64,000 nt of DNA, from assembly GCA_963665325.3 (NCBI GenBank), contig OZ224045.1, positions 1,216,001-1,280,000 of the forward strand, written 5' to 3'. The position numbers and the translations under genes were made by a program. The stretch comes from Alphaproteobacteria bacterium (GTDB taxonomy: Bacteria; Pseudomonadota; Alphaproteobacteria; Bin95). The notes under the pieces were generated by a model, which did no database searches, was not told the DNA's origin, and worked only from the letters and a program-made list of their open reading frames with translations. Below, piece after piece: positions 20,262 to 31,393 of this stretch (its first letter is position 1; each line of letters starts with the position of its first letter).

Positions 20262-22577
20262 TCAGACGGTGTCGCCCATGGGCAGGTCGCGCATGCGCTT
20301 ACCCGTCGCGTGGAAGATCGCGTTGGCGATCGCCGGCGCGACCGGCGGCACACCTGGCTCGCCCACGCCCGAGGCATGGACCGAGAAGGGATGCGGCACG
20401 ATGTGCGTGTGGACCTTCTCGGGGAAGTTGTCCGAACGCACCATCTGGTAGTCGTGGTAGTTCGACTGCACGGCCGCGCCGTCTTCGAAGGTGACGCCGC
20501 TGTAGAGGGCGATGGTCATGCCCTGGACGGCGGAGCCTTCCATTTGGCTGCGAATCCGCTCCGGATTGGCCGCAAAGCCGCAATCGACGGCCATGTGCAT
20601 CTCGGGCACGGTGATCTTCCCGTCCACGATCTTCACATGCGCGCAGGTCGCCACATAAGTGACGAACGAGCGGTGCACCGCCAGTCCGAGGCCCTCGCCT
20701 GCGGGCATCTGCTTGCCCCAGCCGCCCTTTTCGGCGGCCAGCCTGAGGACGTTCTTCAGGCGCATGGTGTCGATCGGGTACTCGTCATAGACCTCGCCAT
20801 AGTCCCAGAAGTTCTCCGGGAAGCCCTGCTTCGGCGGGTCGAGCTTCCGGTCGGAGCCGATCAGCTCCAGCATGACCTCGAGATCGTCCCGGCCGAGCTC
20901 GGCCGCGAGTTCCGACGCGAAGGACTGCACCGCCCAGGCGCGCGGGATGTTCGAGACGGAGCGGAACCAGCCGATGCGCGTGTGCGCCATCGCCTTGCCG
21001 TTCTCCACCGAAAGGTTCGGGATTTCGAAGGGGATATCGACATGCCCCATCCCGCTCTCGATGAAGAACTGGTGCCCGCTGTCCGGCGCGAAGGTGGACA
21101 GGATCGACGGCGCCACCGAGTTGTGCCGCCAGCCGGTGACCTTGTCGTCGCCATCCAGCGCAACCTCGATCCGCTCCACCGAGGCGGTGTGGTAGAAGCT
21201 GTGCCGGATATCGTCCTCGCGCGTCCACTGCACCTTGACCGGCATGCCGAGCTTCTTGCTGAGCATGGCGGCCTCGATGACGAAGTCGCACTTGGACTTG
21301 CGGCCGAACCCGCCGCCGAGCAGGGTCACATTCACCCTGACGTCGGCGACCTCCATCTTCAGCGCCGCCGCGACATCGCCGCGCGCGCCGAAGGGCGACT
21401 GCACCGGCGCCCAGATCTCGCATTTGCCGTCCGCGACACTGGCGACCGCCACCGGCGGCTCCATCATCGCGTGCGCCATATGGGCCTGGCTGTATTCCTG
21501 CGCGAAGGTCTTCGCCGCGCCCACGAACGCCGCCGCAGCGTCGCCCTCGGCGCGGAACACCTGCCCCGGCTGCTTCGCCGTCGCCCGCATCTCCTCCAGG
21601 TAGGACTCGGAGGTATAGCCGCCATGCGGGCTGTCGCCCCACTGGATCTCCAGCGCGTCGCGGCCCTTGATCGCCGCATCCGTGTTGGAGGCAACGACGG
21701 CGACGCCACCGAGCGGGGCGAACTTCGCCGGCATGATCGAGGCCGCAAGCGGCACGACATGCTCGACGCCCGGAACGGCCATGGCCGCGCTTGCGTCATA
21801 GCTCTTCGCCTCGGCGCCGACCACCGGCGGGCGCGCGACGGCCGCCACCTTCATTCCCGGCAACATCACATCGGCGCCGAAAACGACCTTGCCGGTCGTG
21901 ATGTCGTGCAGGTCGGTGATGCCGATATTGCCCTTGCCGATATAGCGGAACTCGGACTCGTCCCTGAAGGACAGCGCCTCGAATTCGGGCACAGGCTGCT
22001 TCATCGCAGCCTCGGCAAGTTCGCCGAATCCGGCTTTCCTGCCCCCGCCCGTCACCTCATGCACGCCGACCGAGACCGCCGAGGCGTCCACGCCCCACAT
22101 TTCGGCCGCGGCATTAGCGAGCATATGGCGCACCGACGCGCCCATCTGGCGCATGGACTGGATGTGGTGGCGCAAGGAGCGCGACCCGTCCGTGTCCTGG
22201 TTGCCGTATTTCTCCTCGTCGCCTTCCGCCTGGACGATCTTCACCATGCCCCAGTCGGCGCCCATCTCGTCGGCAAGCACCATCGGCAGCGAGGTGCGCG
22301 AGCCGGTGCCCATCTCCGAGCGGTGGGCGACGATGGTCACCGTCCCGTCGGCGTCGATGGAGACGAAGATGTGCGGGTCGTAGCGCAGGCCGTTCGGCAT
22401 TGCATCGCCGCCGGTCTTGTAGCGCGCGAAACCCTCGGCCGTTGTGGCGAAGGCGGCGACCACGAAACCGGCCGCCGAGCCCTGCAGGAACCGCCGCCGG
22501 GAGACATTGGCGAAAGCCAGCTTCGCCGCTTCGCGAACGGGGCTTCCGAGGAACGCTTTTTCCATCATGTGCAGCAT
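20262..22577 (-). CDS. iorB: Xanthine dehydrogenase family molybdopterin subunit (IorB-like), Tat-exported
   Basis: SRRRFLQ Tat motif; RSEMGTG, TDGSRS, LLGGGFGRK, GWFRSV and GVGEPGVPP motifs. Confidence 0.9.
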   Translation of the reverse strand: MLHMMEKAFLGSPVREAAKLAFANVSRRRFLQGSAAGFVVAAFATTAEGFARYKTGGDAMPNGLRYDPHIFVSIDADGTVTIVAHRSEMGTGSRTSLPMVLADEMGADWGMVKIVQAEGDEEKYGNQDTDGSRSLRHHIQSMRQMGASVRHMLANAAAEMWGVDASAVSVGVHEVTGGGRKAGFGELAEAAMKQPVPEFEALSFRDESEFRYIGKGNIGITDLHDITTGKVVFGADVMLPGMKVAAVARPPVVGAEAKSYDASAAMAVPGVEHVVPLAASIMPAKFAPLGGVAVVASNTDAAIKGRDALEIQWGDSPHGGYTSESYLEEMRATAKQPGQVFRAEGDAAAAFVGAAKTFAQEYSQAHMAHAMMEPPVAVASVADGKCEIWAPVQSPFGARGDVAAALKMEVADVRVNVTLLGGGFGRKSKCDFVIEAAMLSKKLGMPVKVQWTREDDIRHSFYHTASVERIEVALDGDDKVTGWRHNSVAPSILSTFAPDSGHQFFIESGMGHVDIPFEIPNLSVENGKAMAHTRIGWFRSVSNIPRAWAVQSFASELAAELGRDDLEVMLELIGSDRKLDPPKQGFPENFWDYGEVYDEYPIDTMRLKNVLRLAAEKGGWGKQMPAGEGLGLAVHRSFVTYVATCAHVKIVDGKITVPEMHMAVDCGFAANPERIRSQMEGSAVQGMTIALYSGVTFEDGAAVQSNYHDYQMVRSDNFPEKVHTHIVPHPFSVHASGVGEPGVPPVAPAIANAIFHATGKRMRDLPMGDTV

Positions 22578-22580
22578 GGC

Positions 22581-23033
22581 CTAGACCCCCGTCGATGCGA
22601 GCCGCACCGCGGAAACGATGCGCTCGTAGCAGCCGCAGCGGCAGATATTGTCGGCCATCCCGTCCAGGATTTCCCGGTCGGTCGGCTTCGGGTTCTCGGC
22701 CAGCAGGCTGGCGGCCTGCATGATCTGCCCGGTCTGGCAGAAGCCGCATTGCGGCACATGCATCTCGCGCCACGCGACCTGGACCGGGTGGTCGCCGTCG
22801 GCCGACAGGCCCTCGATGGTGGTGACCGCCTTGCCGGCCACATCGCCCACGGTCATCATGCAGGACTTCTCCGCCTTGCCGTCCACATGCACCGTGCATG
22901 CGCCGCAGAGGCCGGCCCCGCATCCGTATTTGGTTCCCGTCAGGCCCGCCATGTCGCGCAGGGCCCACAACAGGACGGTGTCGTCCGGTCCGTCCAGCAT
23001 CCGGGCTTCACCGTTGATGGTGACGCTCGCCAT
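22581..23033 (-). CDS. iorA: (2Fe-2S)-binding subunit (IorA-like)
   Basis: GTKYGCGAGLCGACTV, QCGFCQTG and NICRCGCY; GAGGAGG RBS. Confidence 0.93.
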   Translation of the reverse strand: MASVTINGEARMLDGPDDTVLLWALRDMAGLTGTKYGCGAGLCGACTVHVDGKAEKSCMMTVGDVAGKAVTTIEGLSADGDHPVQVAWREMHVPQCGFCQTGQIMQAASLLAENPKPTDREILDGMADNICRCGCYERIVSAVRLASTGV

Positions 23034-23048
23034 TCCATGTCCTCCTCT

Positions 23049-23400
23049 TCAGTGACCGCACCCGAGCCGGCGCCTCGAAGGCGGCCCGGGCCGCGCAACG
23101 GCATGGTAGTCCCCTTTCGGTCCCAGGGGCCAGCGCCGGCGGGACCTTTCGGCGGCAGCCAGCCTCGCGGCGGGACGCACGCGGACGAGGAGGACGGAGA
23201 CAATGAAAAGTTGCACGGCGTTGATGGCCGAGCCCACGAGGAACGCAGTCTCGTAGCTGCCGGTGGCGTCGAACAGCCGCCCGCCGACAGCCATGCCGAC
23301 AGTACCAGAGCCGATCGAGAGCAGGTCGAAGTGTCACGCCCCGAATCCGGTGCCGAACAAGGTCGCCATATAACCAAGCGATGGCCACTCGCACGGCCAG
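23049..23400 (-). pseudogene. 3' fragment of an MFS transporter
   Basis: GMAVGGRLFDATGSYETAFLVGSAINAVQLFIV matches the last two MFS helices; upstream part is degenerate. Confidence 0.6.
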
Positions 23401-23524
23401 CCCATGCTCTCGGCGATGCAGGCCGTCCTGTCCCGATGCGCGCGAACAAGATCGAAGCGCCCGCGGGCTGGAATTTCGGCAACGGATCGCGCAAACCGGC
23501 ATCGGGAAATGCCAAGCCCGCCGT

Positions 23525-25366
23525 TCAGGCGCCAAGGCTGAAAACGTCGATCTCGCCGGCACGGCCCTTGACAGGGTGCCTGCCGGCCGGTGTCGGACGG
23601 AGGTCCGGGCCGAGCGCCGCCGCCGTAGCACCGCTGATGAGGACAGTCGTTTCGGTGCCTTCGGGGAACAGTGCCTTGCCGAGTTGTTCGAGACGCGCGC
23701 CGATATTCACCGTATCGCCGATGATCGTGTAGTTTATGCGACCTGGCGAGCCGATGTTGCCGACGGTCGCACTGCCGGAATGGATGCCGATGCGGATGCC
23801 GAGCGGCGCCACGCCTCCGGACCGGCGCCGGACATTCTCCGTCCGAATGCCGTCGACAATCGCCAGCGCAGCGCGGCAGGCCCGTTCGGCGGCATCGGGC
23901 TGGGCGTCGGGCGCGCCCCAGAACGCCATCACCGAGTCTCCGATGAACTTGTCGACCGTGCCGTCCTCGGCCTCGATGCAGCCGGCCACGATCTCGAAAT
24001 GGCGATTGACAAGGGTGGCGACCTCCGGAGCCGAAAGGGCTTCCGAGACCGAGGAAAAACCGGCGATATCGGTAAACATGACAGTGATTTCCCGCGCCGA
24101 GGAAATCGTGTCGTCCATCTCGCCACGCTTCACCAGCCGCTCGACGACCTTCTTGGGAATGTAGAGCTCGAACCAGCGCAGGGCGCTCAGCATGGCGTTG
24201 AACGACCTGGCCTGCTGATCCAGTTCACGGAACACGCTGCCCGGCAGGTCGCCTATATCGCCAATGTTGAGCTCGCGAACCTGCCCGGCCGCCGCGGAAA
24301 AGCGCACGATGGGCTTTGCAATACGCCGGCCGAGGATCAGAGCAGCGACGATCGAAAGCACGAGGGCACCAATTCCGACCACCAGGGCGACGGTCATTCG
24401 GCGAAGCTCGGCACTGACATCTTCGACGTTGAACCGGACGCCGACGGTCAGCGGTTCCAGTCCGAAACCGTGCAAGCTGCGGAACATGAAGACATGGTTA
24501 TCCCCACCGATCCGGATCGTATGTCCGCTCGTGCCCTCCGCAAGCGAAATGATCAGGTCAGAGCGCCCCTCCTCCCGCCATATCGCCGCCAGAACGGAAT
24601 CCTGAAATTCCGCAAGACGGGGCATGGGGTCTTCGAGCGACAGATCCGGATAGCCGTCCGCCATGAGCGGATGGGCCAGCACCCGGGCGCGCCCGTACAG
24701 GACGAACCGCGTGCCGGGATCGCCCTCGCCCACCTTGCGAACATAGGCCGAGAGTTCCCGGATCGACGCCGTCGCAGCCGCAGCCCCGACAAATCTGCCG
24801 CCGCGCCGGACCGGATGGACCCGACTGAAATAGGTCCCTTCATGCCGCTCGATCCAGTAAGGCGGTACCCAGTGTGGCCCCTCCGGCATGGCCGTCAGAT
24901 ATTCGCGGTATCTCGGATCGTCCGCGTGATCCACTTCACCCAGTTCGATGCGACCGCCTCCGTAGCGCGCCGCATAGAAGGTCTTCAACCCGGGGTCGAG
25001 GAAGGATATCGACTCGATCTGCGGCACGCCCGCGAGGCCGCCCGTCAGCAGGCGACCGAATGTTGCCCGATCTTCCGGATCGAATTCACCGCTCTCGACG
25101 CGCTCGGCGATGAAACGGGCCTGGTCCTCGGCCGGCAGCAGATGACGTTCGATCCGGTCTACCATGTTGGCGATGCTCTGATTGGCGTTGGCGCTCATCA
25201 ACGCCAGGGTGTTTTTTTCGGCGAGCCAGATCCCGACGCCGAGCACGCCGCCCACCGATACGAGAACCAGAAGCGAGATCGCCGTTGCCAGCGTGACCGT
25301 AATCGAAAGGTGGCCATTCCATCGGGCCGGAGAAAGTCGACCTTGCATTCCGGACCTGGCTAACAT
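23525..25366 (-). CDS. Membrane adenylate/guanylate cyclase (periplasmic sensor, HAMP, class III cyclase)
   Basis: Two TM helices and a HAMP; [33 protein letters not shown] and [15 protein letters not shown]. Confidence 0.92.
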   Translation of the reverse strand: MLARSGMQGRLSPARWNGHLSITVTLATAISLLVLVSVGGVLGVGIWLAEKNTLALMSANANQSIANMVDRIERHLLPAEDQARFIAERVESGEFDPEDRATFGRLLTGGLAGVPQIESISFLDPGLKTFYAARYGGGRIELGEVDHADDPRYREYLTAMPEGPHWVPPYWIERHEGTYFSRVHPVRRGGRFVGAAAATASIRELSAYVRKVGEGDPGTRFVLYGRARVLAHPLMADGYPDLSLEDPMPRLAEFQDSVLAAIWREEGRSDLIISLAEGTSGHTIRIGGDNHVFMFRSLHGFGLEPLTVGVRFNVEDVSAELRRMTVALVVGIGALVLSIVAALILGRRIAKPIVRFSAAAGQVRELNIGDIGDLPGSVFRELDQQARSFNAMLSALRWFELYIPKKVVERLVKRGEMDDTISSAREITVMFTDIAGFSSVSEALSAPEVATLVNRHFEIVAGCIEAEDGTVDKFIGDSVMAFWGAPDAQPDAAERACRAALAIVDGIRTENVRRRSGGVAPLGIRIGIHSGSATVGNIGSPGRINYTIIGDTVNIGARLEQLGKALFPEGTETTVLISGATAAALGPDLRPTPAGRHPVKGRAGEIDVFSLGA

Positions 25367-25561
25367 GGCGAATACAGCTGGCCGGTTCGAAAGCCGATCC
25401 TGGGGCAGGGGCGCACTATCCCGAAGCTCACATTACCGGATGTAACATGTGATGTACTTAGTCCTATTCTATCCACAGTCCAAGCGAGAGGGCGACACAG
25501 CAATTCGACTCCATTCCAAGCCGGGCATCGGAGCAACAGGGATCATGTCCCGTGGCGTGGG

Positions 25562-25716
25562 TTCGCGGTCCCGGCTCTCGACCGGCTGAAGATCGACGAT
25601 GTGGTGGGCGCCATCTCGGCCCATCTGGTTGCCGGTATCTGGGGCACGCTCGCGGTTGGCATCTTCGGCGGCGGCGATTTCGAGGTGCAGCTTATCGGCG
25701 TGCTCGCCATCGGTAT
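25562..25716 (+). pseudogene. amtB: Ammonium transporter internal fragment, cut by IS3
   Basis: [35 protein letters not shown] is the conserved Amt segment. Confidence 0.8.
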
Positions 25717-26050
25717 TGATCCTCCCCCATTGGATTGGTCCACCTTTAGGTTATGGAAAAAGGAGGGCCGAGGATGGCGAGGAAGCGTTACAAGCCTGAG
25801 GAGATCGTGAGCCTGTTACGGCAGGCGGAGGTTCTGCACGGCCAAGGCATGTCGATGGCGGATGCGATCCGGCAGCTGGGGATCAGCGAGGTGACGTTCT
25901 ACCGCTGGCGCAAGGAATATGGCGGGATGAGCGGCGACTAGCTCCGGCGCCTGAAGGAATTTGAGAAGGAGAACGAGCGGCTGCGCAGTGCGGTATCCGA
26001 TCTGACGCTGGACAAGCAGACCCTGAAGGAGGCGGCTCAGGGAAACTTCT
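25717..26050 (+). mobile_element. IS3-family remnant: left end + orfA with nonsense codon, orfB absent
   Basis: Begins TGATCCTCCCCC. OrfA from 25774 reads [19 protein letters not shown]...TFYRWRKEYGGM, has TAG at 25939, then LKEFEKENERLR...LDKQTLKEAAQGNF. Confidence 0.85.
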
Positions 26051-26109
26051 TCTCTATTCGGGGCCCACAGGTCGATGCTCCTCTTGTCGCTTCCAGGGCG
26101 TCCATATCG

Positions 26110-26420
26110 ACTGCATGGCCTGGTCCGAGTTCACAGAACGCTGGGACAAGTCGTTCACGGTGTTCTACATCGACCTGCCCTATTGGGGCCACGAAACGGA
26201 CTACGGCAGGGACCTGTTCAAGCGCGATGACTTTGCCAGGATGGCCGAGTTGCTCGCCGGCATCCGCGGTCGATCCATACTGAGCCTTGAGGACCACCCG
26301 GAGATACGGCGGATCTTCGACCGGTTCGAGATGGATGAGGTTCCCAACCGCGACACCTTCCGGTCGCGAGAGCGCGGAAGGCGGCTTGCTTCCGAACTGC
26401 TGATCTCGAACGCCGGCTGA
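26110..26420 (+). pseudogene. C-terminal fragment of a Dam-like DNA adenine methyltransferase
   Basis: FYIDLPYWG (degenerate DPPY), ILSLEDHPEIRRIF and ELLISN; SAM-binding N-terminus missing. Confidence 0.75.
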
Positions 26421-26582
26421 GTTGCCCCGGCCGTCATCCGCGCCCCGCAAGCAGGAACGACAGCGCCCGCTCTTCGAGATAGGGGCCGCTCTCCAGGAAC
26501 CACGCCTCGTTCATGCGAATGAGGCCCGCGGCGAGCGCGATCGCTATGACGAGCATCAGGAAGCTCCGGTCGGGGTTGCGGT

Positions 26583-26807
26583 TCACGGTCGCCGGTGCCT
26601 CGTCACCATCCGCCGCCGGTCGCAACTCGCGCACTCCGCTCTGGTCCGCTCGAAGTCCCAGCGCCAAGCAAGGCGGCGCGTGGCGTTGTTCACGGTTCCG
26701 GCGCCAGCCTCGCTGCGATCGATATGGACCTTGGCCAGACAGCTGTCGCACAGCGCGTCCGGCCCGATGGATTGCAGGTGTTTGCCTATGCGCTCGCGCA
26801 GCGTCAT
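26583..26807 (-). CDS. Small hypothetical protein with CxxC...CxxC
   Basis: LCDSCL and ECASCD; 74 aa. Confidence 0.4.
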   Translation of the reverse strand: MTLRERIGKHLQSIGPDALCDSCLAKVHIDRSEAGAGTVNNATRRLAWRWDFERTRAECASCDRRRMVTRHRRP

Positions 26808-27469
26808 GGTCCGGAGGTCAAGCGGCTAGTCGCGCGCCATGTGACCTTGGCCGTGTGTGCGCAGCTGATCCTCCAGCGCCGATCGCTGCGCGAAGACATT
26901 CTTCAAGTCTCGAATGTCCTGCCGGGGGTCGCGGCCTTCCAGAATCTCGGCGATCCGTTCCAGGTCCTCGTCTGCGCCGACCACCCGCCATCGCGTATCC
27001 AACAGCTGGACCGCAACACCGAGGGCTTTCAGACGGGCCATTACGCACTCGATGACCTTCTCGTTCCGGGAATAGCGGAGCACGGCTGCTCGCCCTCCGA
27101 AGCCATATCTTCCTCGGTCATACCGCAGCCTCCTCGCCGGCCACGACGGGGTCGCCCGTATCGGGATCGGAAACGTAAAGTTCCTCGCCAGCCTCGCCCG
27201 GCGGCGGGTCGACGCCGTCGAATACAAGCGGCAGGGCGGCTCGCCGAGCGCGGGCCAGTAGATGTCGTGGATCAGCGCCAGGAACTCGGACGAGTCATGG
27301 GCGGGATCGGACAGGTCCCAGAAACGCCCCGTGCCGCCGATGCGCACCGGCTTCGGTGCGGCGAACACGCCCGCAATCCAGCCGACCTCGGAATGGTCGC
27401 CGGAGACCGTGCCGGCCTCGTCGTCCCAGAGGATCGAGCGCAGCTCGCGGCCCTTCGAGCGGTCGGGAA

Positions 27470-27617
27470 TGGGCCGATCCCGGGTCGTGCCGGTAAGACC
27501 GTGGTCGGTGTAGATGCGATCCTCGGCCACGCCCAGCTCCAGGAGCGCCTGGCGCTGTGCGGCCAGGTCCTGCCTGTCGGTGGAGCAGCGCGCATATCCG
27601 ATGAGCGTGGCTGACAT
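27470..27617 (-). pseudogene. Serine resolvase N-terminal fragment, fused in frame to unrelated sequence down to 26826
   Basis: MSATLIGYARCSTDRQDLAAQRQALLELGVAEDRIYTDHGLTGTTRDRP; AT-rich, res-like region upstream (27620-27700). Confidence 0.8.
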
Positions 27618-27739
27618 GGGGAAAACTGTACGGATAAGGTCCCTCTTTCGCAATTATTTTCGTACCATTCATATGAGACGTACCCGACCAAGGTTTCGCA
27701 GGGGTCGAGATCGTGGGCCACGGCGTCCGCTGAACGGAC

Positions 27740-28095
27740 GCCTTCCGCTCAGGGGACATCTGGCTCGCGCATTCCCGGCGTTATGGCGATGTGAAGCGCG
27801 CCCTGGTGCCAATCGAAGCCGCACACGCAACGGCCAGGCTGGCCGTTCCTTTCGAGCCCGGGGAGTGGCTGGCCGAGCGCAAGACGCGCCTGGCGGAGGG
27901 TCTGGAGCGCCTCGCCGCTGCCGCTCGCCACGGCATGATCCCCGGCGGCGCCATTGAGAACGGCGTGCTGCGCATCGGCCGCCCGGCCAGCGTGACGCCC
28001 GAGGACGCCGATGCTCTTGTGCTCGACCTGTATCGCCGCCTGCCCGAGGTGCGGATCACCGATATCCTGCTGGAGGCGGATACCGCCATCGGCAT
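27740..28095 (+). mobile_element. tnpA: Tn3-family transposase internal fragment
   Basis: AFRSGDIWLAHSRRYGD...LYRRLPEVRITDILLEAD is a conserved Tn3 TnpA segment. Confidence 0.82.
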
Positions 28096-28100
28096 CCGGA

Positions 28101-28360
28101 ACATCCATTTCGCGGCCCTCCATCGATATCGCCTCCTTGTCCGCTGCACCTCTCCCGTGGCATTGGACATTGCACGGGACAGAGGCGCCGAAGGCGCTCC
28201 GACTCGCACTCATCCGGGCCTCGCCATCATGTAATCCTGCCGTAACCGGTCTCCCTGCATCGAGGGAGCGGGCCGCAATCCGGCTGCGGCTGACGAAACC
28301 CTGTTTCCGGGCAAAACATGACAGGCCGCAACGACATTCTCAAGATCGTCATGAATACGA
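28101..28360 (-). repeat. About 260-bp dispersed repeat, copy 2 (inverted); its ORF MEGREMDV is cut by the Tn3 fragment
   Basis: Reverse complement aligns to 7328-7588. Confidence 0.9.
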
Positions 28361-28757
28361 ATGTCAACGGCGGAGCAGGCGGCTATGGCGGCGTTCGTGT
28401 TCGACGCGGTGCTGCTGGTGCTGGACATGGCGGGCCGGGGCTTGCGCGAAGAACCCGACGCGCTTCTCGCCGCCCATTTCGGCAGTGCGCGCGGGGCGGA
28501 GATTGCAGCCGAGGCCGACCGTAGGGCGGCGGAACGCGGCCTCGCGCCCTGACCTTGCGTTGCAGACACGATCGGTCCTGCGAGACGTCGCGGCCGCAGC
28601 AAGGCCGCAGGAGCACCGCGGATTGACAATGTCCGATCTGTCGGGCTTCACTATGAGCATATGGGGTGGGCGCGGAAGCACCGCGCGAAATCGGAGGGCA
28701 TCGTCGGAACATGGCATTGACGTCGCCGGGACTGTCGATGGTTATAATGCCGATTAA

Positions 28758-28917
28758 GCGCCGTGCGCCGTGCGCCGTGCGCCGTGCGCCGTGCGCCGTG
28801 CGCCGTGCGCCGTGCGCCGTGCGCCGTGCGCCGTGCGCCGTGCGCCGTGCGCCGTGCGCCGTGCGCCGTGCGCCGTGCGCCGTGCGCCGTGCGCCGTGCG
28901 CCGTGCGCCGTGCGCCG
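28758..28917. repeat. Perfect heptanucleotide tandem repeat (GCGCCGT), about 23 copies
   Basis: 160 bp = 22 full units + 6 nt; TATAAT at 28743-28748 just upstream. Confidence 0.97.
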
Positions 28918-29272
28918 GATATTGTCCGGAGCTAAAGCCGCCTCTGCCCCGACATTAAACAGGGCAACAGTTCAACGATGAAGGCAACCGCAATCTTCGG
29001 GAATGCGTTGAAGTGCAGATTGGCGGCGGCTCCGTTTCCGCCAATAGCAATAACAGCTTCCCCCACCTCCAGCCTGCCATCATGAAACACAACTTTCGGG
29101 CCCGGTTTCCATCCCGCTTCGTCGTGCAACCCGGCTGCTTTTTTCTGCGCGCCGCAGCCGCGCCGGTCCCGGTCGTTCGCATAGTCCCTGTCCGCCCTCC
29201 GCTTCCGAAGGCGTCGCGCTGCAACGGCACCGATGCTGCGTCGTGGAGCCAGTTGCAAGGAGGCCACGATCG

Positions 29273-31300
29273 ATGACCACTGCCGCCGAATGCACGAGAA
29301 TCCAATCCCTAAGCTTGCCCAACGAGCTCATTCTGATGCTCCTCAACGACCAGACCGGATATTTCCACCAGGTTCCCGGCTGGAGATTGCAATGCGCCGT
29401 CGCCGGCGCGGCGCTTGCGGAACTCTCGCTCCTTTCCCGCATCGACACGGATATGGAGTCGCTGGTCCACCTGGACCGAACGGAGACCGGCGATCCCGCA
29501 CTGGACCCGCTGCTGAAGGAAATTGCCGACGAACCCGGTCAAAGGAATGCCCGGTACTGGATCGAACGGCTCGCCGCCCGGATTGAGCCGGTCATCGATC
29601 TGACGTTGGAAAACCTGGTGAGGCGGAAGATCCTGGAACACCATGACGGCGATTTCTGGACGCTGGCTCCCGCTCACTGGCTCACGCAGCGGCAGGGCGA
29701 TTTGGAAGAGGGCTCCGCAAGCCGGTTCATCAAGACACGTATCAGCCAGGCCATCTTCACCGACACGATTCCCGATCCCAGGGACGTGATCGTCATTTGC
29801 CTTGTCAACGCGTGCGACGTCTTGCGCTTCATGTTCGAACTCAACGAGCACGCGGAAAAGCGGATCGAGCTCATCTGCAAAATGGACCTGATCGGCCGTT
29901 CCATAGCCGAGGCAGTCGAACAGAACATTGTCGGCCCAATGGGCCGCCCCGCGGCTCTATCCCGGCGCATACCGCGGATTGCGCTGCATCGCCTGGCGTT
30001 GAATCCGCATATGCGCACGGGCCATCTTCCTGCGCTCCTCGCAGATCTTGCGAAAGAGCATGGCCCGGTATTCCAGATAAAGCTGCCGGCCGCCAAGGCC
30101 ATGACCTTCCTCGCCGGACCGTCGGTCAACCGGTGGGTGCACAAGAGCGGGCGGATGCACTTGAGGGCGGGGGGCTATTTTGCCGGCTTCGAGAACGTCT
30201 TCGGTGCCTCGGGCATATTGCCTGCGCTGGACGGCGGCGACCACTTCCGGCTTCGCAAGGCCATGTCGCCGGCATATTCGCGCGAACGGCTGGCCGGCCA
30301 GCTCGACCAGCTTTTCCATCTTGTCCGCAGGTTCATGGCGACCTGGACGGTCGGAGAAACCTACCAGGCAAGGTCCTTGTGCCGAAGCATGGTCAATGAG
30401 CAGATCTCGTCGCTCCATGTCGGGGTCGATACGCAGGACCTGATCGACGATCTGGTCACCTACAAGGAACGGGCGCTCAGCGTTCATATCATAAAGACCA
30501 TGCCCAAATTCATGCTGAAGACCCCGGGCATGAAACGCCGGGCGCAAGCCATCGACGAGATGCTGGAGCGAGTCCGGCGGGTTCACACGCCCGCCCAGCG
30601 GGCCGGCTGTCCGCGGAACCTTGCAGACGACGTGCTGGGCCTGAATATGAGCGATCCGCAATTGGTGCCGGAAGCGAATCTGCGCTTTGCCCTGACGGCG
30701 ACGGGGCTGACCAGCGTGTATTTCGGCGATATGCTCAGCTTCGCGATTTACGCCATGATTTCGCAGCCTGAGATCCACGACAGGATCCGAAGCGAGGCGG
30801 ACGCCCTGTTCGAGGGCGGCGATCCCGACGGCGAGGACTTCACCCTGTCCGCCACCGACGTTACTCACCGCTTCCTTCAGGAATGTCTGCGCATGTACCC
30901 GGTCATCGCGATGTCCGTGCGGGACGTGGTGAACTCCTGCGTGGTCGAGGGGCACGAACTGCCGGTCGGGACGCGGGTCTATATCGCCCAGGCGGCCTCG
31001 CACTACATGGACGACGTGTTTCCCGACCCCTTCTCGTTCGATATCGACCGCTACCTGCCTCCGCGCAGCGCGCACCGCAGTTTCGGATTTGCGCCTTACG
31101 GACTGGGCACGCACACCTGTCTCGGTATCCGGCAGGCGCTTCTGCAAATGACGGTCAATATGATGATGATCGCGCATTACTTCACGATATCGGTGTCTCC
31201 TTCGGACTATGAACTCCGGTTCAACCCGGTTCCGTCGATGAAGCCGACGAAGAAGCTGAAATTCCACATCGCCGAGCAAAGGCGCGAACTGCCTGTGTGA
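29273..31300 (+). CDS. GPP34/GOLPH3-like domain fused to cytochrome P450
   Basis: N-terminal ~210 aa (LSLPNELILMLLNDQTG...AVAGAALAELSL...TGDPALDPLL...YWIERL...PDPRD) matches the GPP34 pattern. P450 motifs ECLR (ExxR), FDIDRY and PYGLGTHTCLG (heme Cys). AAGGAGG RBS. Confidence 0.82.
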   Translation: MTTAAECTRIQSLSLPNELILMLLNDQTGYFHQVPGWRLQCAVAGAALAELSLLSRIDTDMESLVHLDRTETGDPALDPLLKEIADEPGQRNARYWIERLAARIEPVIDLTLENLVRRKILEHHDGDFWTLAPAHWLTQRQGDLEEGSASRFIKTRISQAIFTDTIPDPRDVIVICLVNACDVLRFMFELNEHAEKRIELICKMDLIGRSIAEAVEQNIVGPMGRPAALSRRIPRIALHRLALNPHMRTGHLPALLADLAKEHGPVFQIKLPAAKAMTFLAGPSVNRWVHKSGRMHLRAGGYFAGFENVFGASGILPALDGGDHFRLRKAMSPAYSRERLAGQLDQLFHLVRRFMATWTVGETYQARSLCRSMVNEQISSLHVGVDTQDLIDDLVTYKERALSVHIIKTMPKFMLKTPGMKRRAQAIDEMLERVRRVHTPAQRAGCPRNLADDVLGLNMSDPQLVPEANLRFALTATGLTSVYFGDMLSFAIYAMISQPEIHDRIRSEADALFEGGDPDGEDFTLSATDVTHRFLQECLRMYPVIAMSVRDVVNSCVVEGHELPVGTRVYIAQAASHYMDDVFPDPFSFDIDRYLPPRSAHRSFGFAPYGLGTHTCLGIRQALLQMTVNMMMIAHYFTISVSPSDYELRFNPVPSMKPTKKLKFHIAEQRRELPV

Positions 31301-31393
31301 CCGGTCTAGGCCGGCTCGGACGGGACATCGGGCCGGAGGAGAAGACTGCGGATACCGCTGTCCCGGCCGCTGCCGGTCCGCCCGGCCCGTGCG

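Noticed and set aside
28758-28917. Possible CRISPR array or RRAPCAV repeat protein
   Set aside because: No spacers and no cas genes; the peptide is simply the translation of a 7-mer repeat.
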